A stretch of DNA of 64,000 nucleotides from Candidatus Beckwithbacteria bacterium GW2011_GWC1_49_16 (GCA_001029675.1 CP011210.1:64193-128192), one strand, 5' to 3'; shown: positions 43,713 through 53,985, counted from the first letter of the stretch. The notes: generated by a model not told the origin, from the sequence alone. Numbers and translations are program-made.

Positions 43713-45327
43713 CGAGCTTAAACCGAAGCAGGTTTACCACAATTTGAGTTACCAGGAGCTTTTCAAGCACGAGACCGGCAAGGGGTTTAGTAAGCTTGAG
43801 CGGGGGGTGGTGACCCGCCAGCCGGCGGGCGCGGTGGCGGTGGATACGGGTAAGTTTACCGGCAGGTCGCCCAAGGATAAATATATTGTTGGCGGCGGGC
43901 CGTCGGCCGAAAACATTTGGTGGGCGGGGGAGGGTAGTCCGGGATCGGACAACAAGCCGATCTCGATTGAAACCTGGGACTATTTGTTGGGGGTAGTCAA
44001 AGACCAGTTGACGGGTAAAAGGCTTTATCTTATGGACGGCTGGGCCGGGGCGAGTAAAGAAAACCGGTTTGGGGTAAGAATGGTGACCGAGGTGGCCTGG
44101 CAGGCGCATTTTTTCAAGAATATGTTTATAAAATTATCTAAAAGCGAAAACTTAAAACACAATTTTGTCCCGGAATGGACGATTTGGAATGGGTGTAAAA
44201 CGGTCGCCGGTGAGTTTGAGACACACGGCCTTAACTCGCCGGTGTTTATCGCCATCAATATCGAAAAAAAGACGATCTTGATCGGCGGCACTTGGTACGG
44301 CGGCGAGATTAAAAAGGGTATTTTCTCGGTGGCCAACTACTTACTGCCCTTAAAAGGCGTGGGGTCGTTTCACTGCTCGGCCAACGAGGGGGCAAAAGGC
44401 GACGTCGCTTTGTTTTTTGGCCTTTCGGGGACGGGCAAAACTACCCTGTCTCATGATCCGAGGCGCAAACTCATCGGCGACGACGAGCACGGCTGGGACG
44501 ATGAAGGAGTCTTTAACCTTGAGGGCGGTTGTTATGCTAAAGTGATTAATTTGTCCCAACAGGGCGAGCCGGATATTTACAAGGCGATAAAAAGAAACGC
44601 GCTGTTGGAAAATGTAGTCATAGACGGCAAGGGTAGGGTGGATTTTAGCGATGTTACCAAGACGCAAAATACCAGAGTCAGCTACCCGATAGATCACGTC
44701 AAAAACATCGTCAGGCCGGTATCCAAAGGGGGACACGCCCAAAAGATTATTTTCTTGACTTGCGACAGTTTTGGGGTGTTGCCGCCGGTCGCCAGACTGA
44801 CTCGACAGCAGGCGGAGTACTGGTTTTTGTCCGGCTACACGGCCAAGGTTGCCGGCACCGAGCGGGGAGTGGACGAGCCGCAGGCGACGTTTTCGGCCTG
44901 TTTCGGGGCGCCGTTTTTACTGCTTCACCCCACGGCCTATGCCGAGATTTTAGGGAAAAAGATTGACCAGCACCAAGCTCAAGTTTACCTGGTGAGTACC
45001 GGCTGGACCGGCGGGGGTTACGGCGTGGGCCAGAGGATGCCGCTTGCCAACACCCGAGCGATTATTACGGCGATTTTGACCGGAAAGCTTGAGAAGGCCG
45101 AGTATGAGCCGGTGGGAGTGTTTGCTTTGGCTTTGCCTAAAAAAGTCGCCGGGGTTAGCGCGACAGTTTTAAACCCGAGAAATACCTGGGCGGATAAGCG
45201 CGAGTATGATTTGGCCGAAACCAGGCTGGCGCGGATGTTTATTGATAACTTTAAGACTTTCAGCGATACTAAAGAGGGGCTTGAGCTAGAGAAGGCAGGA
45301 CCCCGGACAACGGGGCAAACCCCGTAG
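43702..45327 (+). CDS. pckA: Phosphoenolpyruvate carboxykinase (ATP)
   Basis: TGRSPKDK, YGGEIKKG, HCSAN, GLSGTGKTTLS, IGDDEHGW and EGGCYAK. Confidence 0.97.
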   Translation: MEVNELKPKQVYHNLSYQELFKHETGKGFSKLERGVVTRQPAGAVAVDTGKFTGRSPKDKYIVGGGPSAENIWWAGEGSPGSDNKPISIETWDYLLGVVKDQLTGKRLYLMDGWAGASKENRFGVRMVTEVAWQAHFFKNMFIKLSKSENLKHNFVPEWTIWNGCKTVAGEFETHGLNSPVFIAINIEKKTILIGGTWYGGEIKKGIFSVANYLLPLKGVGSFHCSANEGAKGDVALFFGLSGTGKTTLSHDPRRKLIGDDEHGWDDEGVFNLEGGCYAKVINLSQQGEPDIYKAIKRNALLENVVIDGKGRVDFSDVTKTQNTRVSYPIDHVKNIVRPVSKGGHAQKIIFLTCDSFGVLPPVARLTRQQAEYWFLSGYTAKVAGTERGVDEPQATFSACFGAPFLLLHPTAYAEILGKKIDQHQAQVYLVSTGWTGGGYGVGQRMPLANTRAIITAILTGKLEKAEYEPVGVFALALPKKVAGVSATVLNPRNTWADKREYDLAETRLARMFIDNFKTFSDTKEGLELEKAGPRTTGQTP

Positions 45328-45346
45328 AACGGGGTAAACCTAAAAT

Positions 45347-46642
45347 ATGAAGAAAACGGCGATTAAAAAAGTTGAAGCTTTGGAGGTTTTGGACTCGCGG
45401 GGCAACCCGACGGTGGCCTGTTGGGTAACGCTTGCCGACGGCAGCCGGGGTTGGGCGGTAATTCCTTCCGGAGCCTCGACCGGAACTCATGAGGCTTTGG
45501 AGCTTAGAGACGGAGACAAGCGCCGCTACGGCGGCAAAGGGACGCTTAAAGCAGTGAAAAACGTTACCGACGTCATCGGGCCGAAAGTGCGCGGCTTTGA
45601 TGCCGCCGACCAGCCCGGCTTAGACGAGCTGACGATTGGACTTGACGGAACGGAGTATAAAGAAAGACTTGGGGCTAACGCGATCTTAGCTGTGTCTCTA
45701 GCCGCGGCCCGGGCGGTGGCGGAAAGTTACCAACTCGAGCTTTACGAGTATTTGCGCAAAACTTTCTGGCCCAAAAACCGCGACTGGTGGCTACCCGACC
45801 CGATGATGAACGTCTTAAACGGCGGCAAACACGCCATTGGTTCGGTAGACCTTCAAGAGTTTATGCTCTTTCCGGTGGGAGCCAGAAGTTTTAGTCAGGC
45901 GCTTCGCTGGGGAGCGGAGATTTACCATACTTTAAAAAAGACGCTTCACGAGAAGGGTTTGCCGGTCGGGGTGGGCGATGAGGGCGGCTTTATGCCCAAG
46001 TTTGGCTCGCACCGCGAGCTTTTAACCACCATGGTCAAGGCGATCGAGGCGGCCGGTTACAAGCCGGGGGGTCAAGTCGCCATCGCTTTGGACCCGGCGG
46101 CCAGTGAAGTATTTAGCAACGGCAAATACCAACTTAAAACAGAAAACTTAAAACTATCAAGCGAAGAGTTGATTGAGCTTTACCAAAAGTGGGTTAAACA
46201 ATACCCGATTGTATCAATCGAGGACGGTTTGGCGGAGGATGACTGGTTTGGCTTTAAGCTGATGACGGAGAAGATGGGCGGCAGAATCCAGATCGTCGGT
46301 GATGACATTTATGTGACTAACATCGACAGGTTGAAAAAGGGCATTGAGGAGAAAGCGACCAACTCGGTTTTGATTAAGCTAAACCAGATCGGCACCCTAA
46401 CCGAGACGGTGGCGGCGATTGACATGGCCCATGAAGCGGGGATGACGGCGGTGGTGAGCCACCGCTCGGGAGAAACTAAGGACGACTTTATCGCCGACTT
46501 GGTGGTGGCGGGCAGCTGTGGGCAAATAAAAACCGGGGCGCCGGCAAGAAGCGAGCGGATAGAGAAATATAACCGCCTTTTGCGAATCGAGCAGCTTCTG
46601 GGCAAAAAAGCCCAATACGCCAAGTTTCCCTTTAAGAGATAA
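45347..46642 (+). CDS. eno: Enolase
   Basis: DSRGNPT, PSGASTG, GDEGGF, IKLNQIG, SHRSGET and KYNRLLRIE. Confidence 0.98.
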   Translation: MKKTAIKKVEALEVLDSRGNPTVACWVTLADGSRGWAVIPSGASTGTHEALELRDGDKRRYGGKGTLKAVKNVTDVIGPKVRGFDAADQPGLDELTIGLDGTEYKERLGANAILAVSLAAARAVAESYQLELYEYLRKTFWPKNRDWWLPDPMMNVLNGGKHAIGSVDLQEFMLFPVGARSFSQALRWGAEIYHTLKKTLHEKGLPVGVGDEGGFMPKFGSHRELLTTMVKAIEAAGYKPGGQVAIALDPAASEVFSNGKYQLKTENLKLSSEELIELYQKWVKQYPIVSIEDGLAEDDWFGFKLMTEKMGGRIQIVGDDIYVTNIDRLKKGIEEKATNSVLIKLNQIGTLTETVAAIDMAHEAGMTAVVSHRSGETKDDFIADLVVAGSCGQIKTGAPARSERIEKYNRLLRIEQLLGKKAQYAKFPFKR

Positions 46643-47863
46643 ATGGATAAGGTTTTTTTAATCGTGATTGATGGTTTGGGTGATAGGCCTATCCCAGCTT
46701 TTGGCAGAAAAACTCCTTTGGAGGCGGCCAAAACCCCCAACCTTGACAAACTGGCTCGGGGCGGAATTTCCGGAGTGATGCACACTATTGACATTGGAGT
46801 GAGGCCGGGAAGCGACACGGCCCATTTGGCCCTTTTTGGCTATGACCCGAAAACTTACTACACCGGCCGCGGCCCGTTTGAAGTGGCCGGGATCAACATG
46901 GAAGTTAGGCCTGGCGATGTCTGTCTTAGAGTCAACATGGGGACAGTTGATGACAACTTGGTGGTAGTGGATAGGCGGGCAGGGAGGATTGATGACACCA
47001 ACCCTTTTGCTAAAAAGTTTAACGGAACCGTAGTCGACGGGGTGAAGTTTTTGGTTAAGGCCGGTACTGGCCACCGTTTGGGAATAATTATGCGCGGCAA
47101 AGGTTTAAGCAGCCAAATTTCCAGCGCCGACCCTAAGGAGTTAGGAGTAAAGTTGAAAACTGTCGAGGGCTTAGACGCATCGAAAGAGGCCAAATTCACC
47201 GCCAGAGTTTTAAATAAGTTTTTATTGAAGGTTTACAAGGAAATTAAAGATTGGCCTTTGAATAAACAAAGGGTAAAGGTTGGGAAGCTTCCGGCCAACT
47301 TTATGCTGGCGCGAGGGGCGGGGGTCTATCCCGAGCTACCCAGTTTTTTTGACAAGTACGGTTTAAAAGCGGCCTGCATTGCCGGCGCCGGGCTTTACAA
47401 AGGCGTGGCCAAAATTTTGGGGATGGAAGTAATCGACGTTCCCGGTGCCACAGGTAAGCCGGACTCGGATGTCGCCGCCAAGATCAAAAAAGCGATTAAA
47501 GCAACCCACAAGTTCGACTTTATTTTTGTCCATATCAAAGGCGCCGATACTTTAGGAGAAGACGGCAACCCGGAGGGGAAAAAGGCCTTTATCGAAAAGG
47601 TGGACCAGGCCGTAGCCCCGCTTTCTAAACTTAAAAAATCTTTGGTGGTGGTGACCGCCGATCACTCGACGCCCTGCGCCCTGAAAAATCACTCGGCCGA
47701 CGATGTGCCGATCACCATTTTTGGAGAGAGCGTCCGCGACGACGACGTCGAGGCTTTTGGCGAAAGGGCTTGCGCCAAGGGACGGCTGGGGCGGATCAGG
47801 GGTGAACACCTGATGCCGATCATCATTGACCTGATGGGGCTGGCACAAATGTTTGGCGCCTAG
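46643..47863 (+). CDS. apgM: Cofactor-independent phosphoglycerate mutase, archaeal type
   Basis: IDGLGD, TPLEAA.TPNLD, PGSDTAHLALFGYDP, GRGPFE, DRRAGRI and TADHSTP. Confidence 0.93.
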   Translation: MDKVFLIVIDGLGDRPIPAFGRKTPLEAAKTPNLDKLARGGISGVMHTIDIGVRPGSDTAHLALFGYDPKTYYTGRGPFEVAGINMEVRPGDVCLRVNMGTVDDNLVVVDRRAGRIDDTNPFAKKFNGTVVDGVKFLVKAGTGHRLGIIMRGKGLSSQISSADPKELGVKLKTVEGLDASKEAKFTARVLNKFLLKVYKEIKDWPLNKQRVKVGKLPANFMLARGAGVYPELPSFFDKYGLKAACIAGAGLYKGVAKILGMEVIDVPGATGKPDSDVAAKIKKAIKATHKFDFIFVHIKGADTLGEDGNPEGKKAFIEKVDQAVAPLSKLKKSLVVVTADHSTPCALKNHSADDVPITIFGESVRDDDVEAFGERACAKGRLGRIRGEHLMPIIIDLMGLAQMFGA

Positions 47864-47880
47864 CGTGGTAAACTAACCTC

Positions 47881-48750
47881 ATGGACCAGTTTGACCCTAA
47901 AGTTTTAGCCCAGCTTTATCGGCCTCCCAAAGATTCACACAAAGGCCAGAACGGCAAGCTACTTTTGATCGGCGGGAGCCAGTTGTTTCATGCGGCCAGC
48001 ATGTGGTCTTTGGAGGTGGCCAGCCGTATCGTCGATATGGTGTTTTACTTTAGCGTGCCGGTCAATGAAGCCATCGTCAAAAAGCAGAAGGAAAGATTTC
48101 ACGACGGCATCGTCGTCCCCCAAGGCGAGGTGGAAACGTATCTTGGCGAGGCCGATTGTGTACTTATCGGCCCGGGGATGGAACGGGGCAAAGAAACAGA
48201 GGAGAAAACCAACAAGCTTTTGAAAAAATATCCTGACAAGCGCTGGGTGATTGACGGCGGGGCTTTACAGATGATGGATCCCGGATTACTCAACGAGCGA
48301 ATGATTGTTACCCCACATTTAAGGGAGCTTAGAGGTTTGATAGATCGTTCCGGAAGAAAATTGCTAATTTCTAAATCCGAATTTCTAAACAAATTCAAAT
48401 TTTCTAAGGACCAAATATCTAAAATGGCCGATTTTTTGGAAGATTTTTCGAAGGTCTATGGTGGGGCGACAGTGGTGCTTAAAGGGCCGACGGATGTGGT
48501 TTGTGATGCCAAACAGTGCGTGCTTAATGTTACTGGTAACGAGGGGATGACCAAAGGGGGAACGGGTGACGTGTTGGCGGGGTTGGTTGCCGCGCTTTAC
48601 TGCAAATCGCCCGCTTTTTTGGCGGCCTCGTGCGGCGTTTATCTTAACGGTTTGGCCGGCGACCGGCTTTACAGCTTGGTGGGTGCTTACTTTAACGCTT
48701 CGGACCTGGTCCACGAGATTCCCAAGGTAATGGCGGAAGTTTTAGGTTAG
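47881..48750 (+). CDS. nnrD: ADP-dependent NAD(P)H-hydrate dehydratase
   Basis: SHKGQNG.LLLIGGS, IGPGM, TPH..E, VVLKG..D and KGGTGDVLAG. Confidence 0.9.
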   Translation: MDQFDPKVLAQLYRPPKDSHKGQNGKLLLIGGSQLFHAASMWSLEVASRIVDMVFYFSVPVNEAIVKKQKERFHDGIVVPQGEVETYLGEADCVLIGPGMERGKETEEKTNKLLKKYPDKRWVIDGGALQMMDPGLLNERMIVTPHLRELRGLIDRSGRKLLISKSEFLNKFKFSKDQISKMADFLEDFSKVYGGATVVLKGPTDVVCDAKQCVLNVTGNEGMTKGGTGDVLAGLVAALYCKSPAFLAASCGVYLNGLAGDRLYSLVGAYFNASDLVHEIPKVMAEVLG

Positions 48751-51700
48751 TTGGCCTGTTTATTGGCATTATTTAATCTTTTTAACTAAGTCATTTAGAT
48801 TAATTGTTTCTTTAAGGCTGCTTAGTTTTTCTAAGGCTTCAGCCTCTATTTGTCTAATTCTTTCCCTGGTTAACCCAAACGCATAACCAACTTCTTGTAG
48901 AGTGTAGAAGACGCCGTCTTTTAAACCATACCTCATTCTAAGAATCTCAGCCTGCCTTGGAGAAATGTTGTTTTGGGAAAGGAGAGTATCTACTTGATGT
49001 CTAATTACTCTTTGGAGTGCTTCTCTTTCGGTGTCCACATTGGGGTCTTTAGTTGTGTCTAGCAGAGTTCTTTCGTCATCTCCAGGGGCTGATGCCTCGA
49101 GTGAAATAGGATACACTCTTTGTAGCAAGGCCTGAATTCTTTCAACGGGAATGTTTGTTTTCTCCGAGATAAGCTCTTCAGAGACCTGTTTTTGTTCTTT
49201 CTCGATTTCTCCGATAGCTCTTGTAATTTGAGTAAAAAGCTTGTTGTCGTATGTTGAAAGTCCCCTGTCTTGAGCCAAAAGGGCCCTCATTTCATTTTCG
49301 ATCCAGTAGGTAGCGTAAGTTGAAAGTTTTACCCCTTTTCTCCAGTCATATTTGTTAATTGCTACAAGTAAGCCTATATTTCCTGTCTGATAAAGGTCAA
49401 AAGTTGATGGCTTAGCTCCTCTTTTTTTAAACCTACTGGCTAAAAAGAAAATCCAACGTTGCATAGATTTAATTAGAGCATCTTTGGCTTCTTGTCCACG
49501 CAGAACAAATTGTTCTAGGTTTTGACTATCTGGATGTTGAGGGTTGTTCTCGATTGTTTCTTTGGCTAGCTCGCCACGCTCGATCTCTTTAGCAAGGGCT
49601 ATTTGTGTTTGTAGATCGTACGTTTGGTAAAGATTTACCCTCCGGCCTATTTCTGTGGGGAGGTCAATGGTGTCATAGTCTTCTTCTTCGGCAACCGTAA
49701 TGCCCGATCTTACCCTGGCAAGAATTTCCGCCAGCACTTGATGTTCCTGGGTAGTTGTTTCGTCTTCAACAGGGAAGGCAGAGGACTTTCGGAGAGAAGT
49801 TAGATATTCTTCGTCAAAAATGTACTCAAAATCATCTGGGAAGTTAAGCAAAAGCAACTCTCTAACGTCGAGAGGTGCCTTAGAGTAAAGATAAGATTTT
49901 AAGCTTGAGATTACACTGCTTGTTAGGGTCTCTGGGAGTTCTTGTAAACCATCTTCTAAAAAGAGTTGCAAGTGTCTGGAAAAAGTATGGACTAAGGTGT
50001 AGTATTTTCCTAAATACGGCTTTCTTTTTTCATCTGTTTTTTGTTCAAGTTTGATGTTTTCCTCGTCAAAAAAGAATAAAAAATTCCAAAAGGTTTCGTT
50101 TTTTGCCTTAAACATTTCTAGATCTTGACGGAGTTCTTCCCAAAAGTCTTTTGTTTCTAGTGTCTGAATCCATTGTTCTGGAGAAACTCGCGGCCTAATA
50201 AAAGATACTTTTTTCTCCAGCTCTTGCTTAGCCATTCGTATTGCTTGAATTAATTCTGGTTCGTAAGGAAGGGTAGGAGTGAAGTTGCGGATAAAATGTC
50301 CAGCGCTTTCGGTGTGCCTTTCTAGCGCATATAGGAGGTTGAGATAGTATCCTGGAGTAGATGGATTAATCTTGCCGCCGTTGTTTTCATTTCTTGAAAA
50401 ACCCCTCATAAAGTTAGTGAAATAGGTGTTCTCTGGTATGGTTTTAAGGTCTTGATATAGTTGCACCCAAAAAGCCTCTGTATGGAGTTCTTCATAGTAG
50501 TCTCGCCAATTTTTTTTAATAGGAGTTTCTATAAGTTTCTCTATTAAATTAAGCTGAATTTTTGCTACTAAATCCATGACTTCTTGTTTTTGTGGTTGAT
50601 ACTCTGTGAGATATTTATATGGATATCTAATGCCAGATTTCCTGAGAGCCAAAACCAAGTTATAGTATTTACCGTTAGTGTAATTATCTCTTTCTGCCCA
50701 GTTTGGGTTATCGGGATCGTAGAGGCTAAAAAACTCTCTTTGGGTATAGGCTTTTTTTGGTAGCTGGTCGAGATCTTCTTGAATTTCCAGCCATAAATCA
50801 TGGGTTTCCAGTTGGGCTAAATAGTGTTCTTTTGGCAGGCAAGTTGGAGGAAGTAAATCTTCTGGTTGTGAAAAATCAACCGCTAACACTGGTCTTTCAA
50901 CTTGCGGTTTATCCAGAGTTGGAAGCAGATAAAAGACAGCCTTACCGTCTTGGTGTTTTATTATCCTGCCCGATTCTGATAGATGTTTTAACACCGGGGC
51001 AGTTTTTTTTCCGTATCGTTCCTTTAAATCTTTTGGTCTTGTGGGACCATACTCAATTAAGTGGTCAATAATTATATCTGCGTTTTCTTCTTTGGTTATT
51101 TTTTCGTTGTGTCTTCTGTAGTTTTGTATGGCTTTTTCGGTTATTGAGGGGTCATTCTGAATTTTTTCTAGGGTTTCATTCATGGTTGTCAATTGTTGAG
51201 TGTGTCCAGAAACGGCCGCTAGTATAGGCCTAATAATTGTTTCTACAAATTCTGTTCCCTTCGGGGTTATATGGGTTATTGATTGTTGAACACCGCCAGT
51301 CCACTTTTTTGTTTCAAGGTAACCAGATTCAGCTAATTCTGAAAAAATAGTGTAAACATCCGAGGCATCTTGTCTGCCGAGAGCCTTTAGAACGCTTGGG
51401 ATATTTCCTTCTTCATTTACTTCAAAGTATTTAATAACATTTTTTCTTAGTCGGTTAAGTCTTGGGGAATGGGTTGCAAGATTTTTAGGCCCTACTCGCT
51501 TATATATAAGCCAACCTTTTTGCTCCGTGTCTACAGCCTCGTGATTTATTAATCCTAGGTCGTTTAGGGATTTAAGATTGCCCCTGATAGAGGAGAGATC
51601 TGAGTTTAATGTTCGGCATAACTCGATTTCAAAAGAACTTTTTTGATTAAGGGTTAAAAGTATAGCGCTTCTGGTGATATGAGCTCTGTTGCCACTTGAA

Positions 51701-52281
51701 GTTATTGGTTGACCGAAGATTTTAGACGCAGGAATGTCTTGACTGGCAGAATACTCCAACAACAATGCGGCTATTGGTTTGGCGTAGTTTTCTGCTTCTA
51801 AAGTAAGCTGGTATCCTTTGTTTGTTTTTTGAGCTAAGCCTGTAGGGAGCAGAGAATTAATCAAATATGACATATATATAGAGTTACTTTTTGGATACCA
51901 TGTGGAATAGCCTATACAGTCTCGGGTGCGTTTTCTTAGAGAAGAGACCGAAATAGGTTCAGGAGCGAAACCATGAACAACTAGTGCTTGTTTGGGTTCT
52001 GCTGTGCCGAGGGCGAAGATAACTCTGTCAAATCTTCTTAGGTGTTCTGGCCCAATTTTCGAACCTTCAAGGTTGTTGAGCAATGATTCTAAGTTAGATT
52101 GTTGCCACGTTGTTTGGCCGATTTCGCTTTGACCACGATTTTCCACTAGCATAGTTATCTGGGCGGATTTGAAAGATTATACCACTTGAGGAAAGTTAAA
52201 TATGCCAAGACTGCCGGTCCTATTTATTATTCTGCTTTGGTCCACGAGATTCCCAAAGTGATGGCGGAAGTTTTAGGTTAG
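48707..52281. mobile_element. Inserted ~3.5-kb lower-GC island bounded by 44-bp direct repeats (48707-48750 and 52238-52281)
   Basis: TGGTCCACGAGATTCCCAA(G/A)GT(A/G)ATGGCGGAAGTTTTAGGTTAG, 42/44 identical. It encloses only the giant sigma-like gene and no integrase. Confidence 0.7.
48769..52152 (-). CDS. 1127-aa multidomain protein: winged-HTH array, three ~108-aa repeats and an RpoD-type sigma70 module
   Basis: C-terminal DLYQTGNIGLLVAINKYDWRKGVKLSTYATYWI (region 2), PISLE (region 3) and RYGL.DG...TLQEVG..FGLTRERIRQIEAEALEKL (region 4). Confidence 0.85.
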   Translation of the reverse strand: MLVENRGQSEIGQTTWQQSNLESLLNNLEGSKIGPEHLRRFDRVIFALGTAEPKQALVVHGFAPEPISVSSLRKRTRDCIGYSTWYPKSNSIYMSYLINSLLPTGLAQKTNKGYQLTLEAENYAKPIAALLLEYSASQDIPASKIFGQPITSSGNRAHITRSAILLTLNQKSSFEIELCRTLNSDLSSIRGNLKSLNDLGLINHEAVDTEQKGWLIYKRVGPKNLATHSPRLNRLRKNVIKYFEVNEEGNIPSVLKALGRQDASDVYTIFSELAESGYLETKKWTGGVQQSITHITPKGTEFVETIIRPILAAVSGHTQQLTTMNETLEKIQNDPSITEKAIQNYRRHNEKITKEENADIIIDHLIEYGPTRPKDLKERYGKKTAPVLKHLSESGRIIKHQDGKAVFYLLPTLDKPQVERPVLAVDFSQPEDLLPPTCLPKEHYLAQLETHDLWLEIQEDLDQLPKKAYTQREFFSLYDPDNPNWAERDNYTNGKYYNLVLALRKSGIRYPYKYLTEYQPQKQEVMDLVAKIQLNLIEKLIETPIKKNWRDYYEELHTEAFWVQLYQDLKTIPENTYFTNFMRGFSRNENNGGKINPSTPGYYLNLLYALERHTESAGHFIRNFTPTLPYEPELIQAIRMAKQELEKKVSFIRPRVSPEQWIQTLETKDFWEELRQDLEMFKAKNETFWNFLFFFDEENIKLEQKTDEKRKPYLGKYYTLVHTFSRHLQLFLEDGLQELPETLTSSVISSLKSYLYSKAPLDVRELLLLNFPDDFEYIFDEEYLTSLRKSSAFPVEDETTTQEHQVLAEILARVRSGITVAEEEDYDTIDLPTEIGRRVNLYQTYDLQTQIALAKEIERGELAKETIENNPQHPDSQNLEQFVLRGQEAKDALIKSMQRWIFFLASRFKKRGAKPSTFDLYQTGNIGLLVAINKYDWRKGVKLSTYATYWIENEMRALLAQDRGLSTYDNKLFTQITRAIGEIEKEQKQVSEELISEKTNIPVERIQALLQRVYPISLEASAPGDDERTLLDTTKDPNVDTEREALQRVIRHQVDTLLSQNNISPRQAEILRMRYGLKDGVFYTLQEVGYAFGLTRERIRQIEAEALEKLSSLKETINLNDLVKKIK

Positions 52282-53122
52282 GCAGGGCGGCGGCCAAAAC
52301 GATCAAGGCCCCGCCCAAGAAAGTGGTGGCAGAGAGAATTTCGCCGAAGAATAAAAAGCCAAAGAGGATGCCGAAGATAATTTCAGCCATGCCGATAAGG
52401 CTGCCGATAGAGGCTTCTAAATATTTGAAGCCTTCAATCACTGAAAAGTTGGCGATCAAAAGCGCAGCGGCGTAGGCGGCGGCGGCTAGCCAAGCGGAGT
52501 GGGCGGAGATAGGGGGAAGAGAGTCTTTAACCAAGTAGGCGATCAGGCCATTGGCGACGAGCATAACGGTGAGATAGCCGGCCATGATTTGGAATTCGTG
52601 ATACTGGCCTGACAATTTTTTAGGCAAGACTGCTGAAATTGCCCCCATGAGGCCGGCGATGATGGTTAAGGTAGCCGGCCAGATTTGAGCCGGAGTCAAG
52701 GAAAGGCGGTAGATTACTCCTAGGCCGGCAAGACCGATGACCAGGCTTGTCAGTTTGGTTCTGGTCAGGGTTTCGTTGAAGACGAGTTTGCCGATAAGGT
52801 AGCCGCCGATGACCAGAGCGGCGTAGAATAAAAGGGTGGCGGTGCCAACCCCAAGGTGTTGGAAGCCGTAGTAATAAGGGGCTTGATTTAGGCCGATTGA
52901 GGCAATAACCAAAAACCAAGGCCAGTCTTTTTTAGGCATGGGTTTGAAGAGTTTTTTCCATTTACCGACCAGGACTACAAAGACCAATAAGATTAAGCCC
53001 CTGGTCCAGGCTTGGCTAAATTCGCCAAAGTCGTGGCCCATGAGGTGCGACCAGACGCCGTAGGTGGCAAAAAAGACAGCCGAGTTTAAAATCCAGGCAG
53101 TACCTTTTGTTTTTGGGTTCAT
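52220..53122 (-). CDS. DMT/EamA family transporter
   Basis: About 10 TM helices in two EamA repeats; EASIGSLI..AE and GEILS....GGALI. Confidence 0.9.
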   Translation of the reverse strand: MNPKTKGTAWILNSAVFFATYGVWSHLMGHDFGEFSQAWTRGLILLVFVVLVGKWKKLFKPMPKKDWPWFLVIASIGLNQAPYYYGFQHLGVGTATLLFYAALVIGGYLIGKLVFNETLTRTKLTSLVIGLAGLGVIYRLSLTPAQIWPATLTIIAGLMGAISAVLPKKLSGQYHEFQIMAGYLTVMLVANGLIAYLVKDSLPPISAHSAWLAAAAYAAALLIANFSVIEGFKYLEASIGSLIGMAEIIFGILFGFLFFGEILSATTFLGGALIVLAAALPNLKLPPSLWESRGPKQNNK

Positions 53123-53163
53123 AGGCTGGAATTGTAGTTGAAGGTAGGGGTATAATCAAGCTG

Positions 53164-53985
53164 ATGTCCGAACAAACAGACAATTTGGTTTCACTTTTGA
53201 CGCCGTATGGCCTAAGCGCTGATGAAGCCAGAGTTTATCTTGATTTGTGGGCCGGCGGCAGCAACTCAGCCTTGGGTATAAGCGGTAATGTTCACTTGGC
53301 CAGAACCAAAGTGTACCGGATTTTGGACAAGCTTAATAAAATGGGCTTGGTGGTAGTAAGGCTCCACTCGCGTGGTCAGAGGTTTGAGGCCAGCCACCCC
53401 AAAAGGATAGGGGTCCTGGTTGAAGAGAAGGAAAAACAAGCGGAGGCGTTGAAGGCGAGTTTGACGATGGTGGTGGGTGAGTTAGACAAGATAGGCAGAG
53501 AGAGAAGGGGAGTTTCTAAGGTGCTTTATTATCAGGGGCCGGAAGGTTTAAAGCAGGTAACCTACAACTCGCTTAAGGCTCGCGGCGAACTTTTGACCAT
53601 GGAGATTGAAACCATGAACGCTTTTTTTGACAAAGACTATGCCGAGAAGATGCGCTTGAAGTTTGTTGAGCGGCAAATTACCTCCAGGACTTTGACTAAC
53701 GTGACCAGGTTAGCGCCGTGGACTGAAGTGGCGGGGGAAATGGTAGAAAAATATTGGCAGATTCGTCATATTCCGGCGAGTCAAATGAAAATAAAGTTTG
53801 AGATTTTGATTTATAACGACGTTTACGTCATGTACCGCTACCAGGGCAGGGAAGTGTTCTGCGTGGAGATTTATAACCAGGAGTTAGCCGATATGCAGCG
53901 GCAGATTTTTGAGTATATGTGGGCCAAAGCCGGGAAGTTTAAGGTATTAAACCGGCGGGGCGAGGCGGTGCTTGACAAACCATGA
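53164..53985 (+). CDS. TrmB family transcriptional regulator
   Basis: YGLS.DEARVY..L...RTKVYRIL.KL..MGLV; C-terminal effector domain ILIYND. Confidence 0.85.
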   Translation: MSEQTDNLVSLLTPYGLSADEARVYLDLWAGGSNSALGISGNVHLARTKVYRILDKLNKMGLVVVRLHSRGQRFEASHPKRIGVLVEEKEKQAEALKASLTMVVGELDKIGRERRGVSKVLYYQGPEGLKQVTYNSLKARGELLTMEIETMNAFFDKDYAEKMRLKFVERQITSRTLTNVTRLAPWTEVAGEMVEKYWQIRHIPASQMKIKFEILIYNDVYVMYRYQGREVFCVEIYNQELADMQRQIFEYMWAKAGKFKVLNRRGEAVLDKP

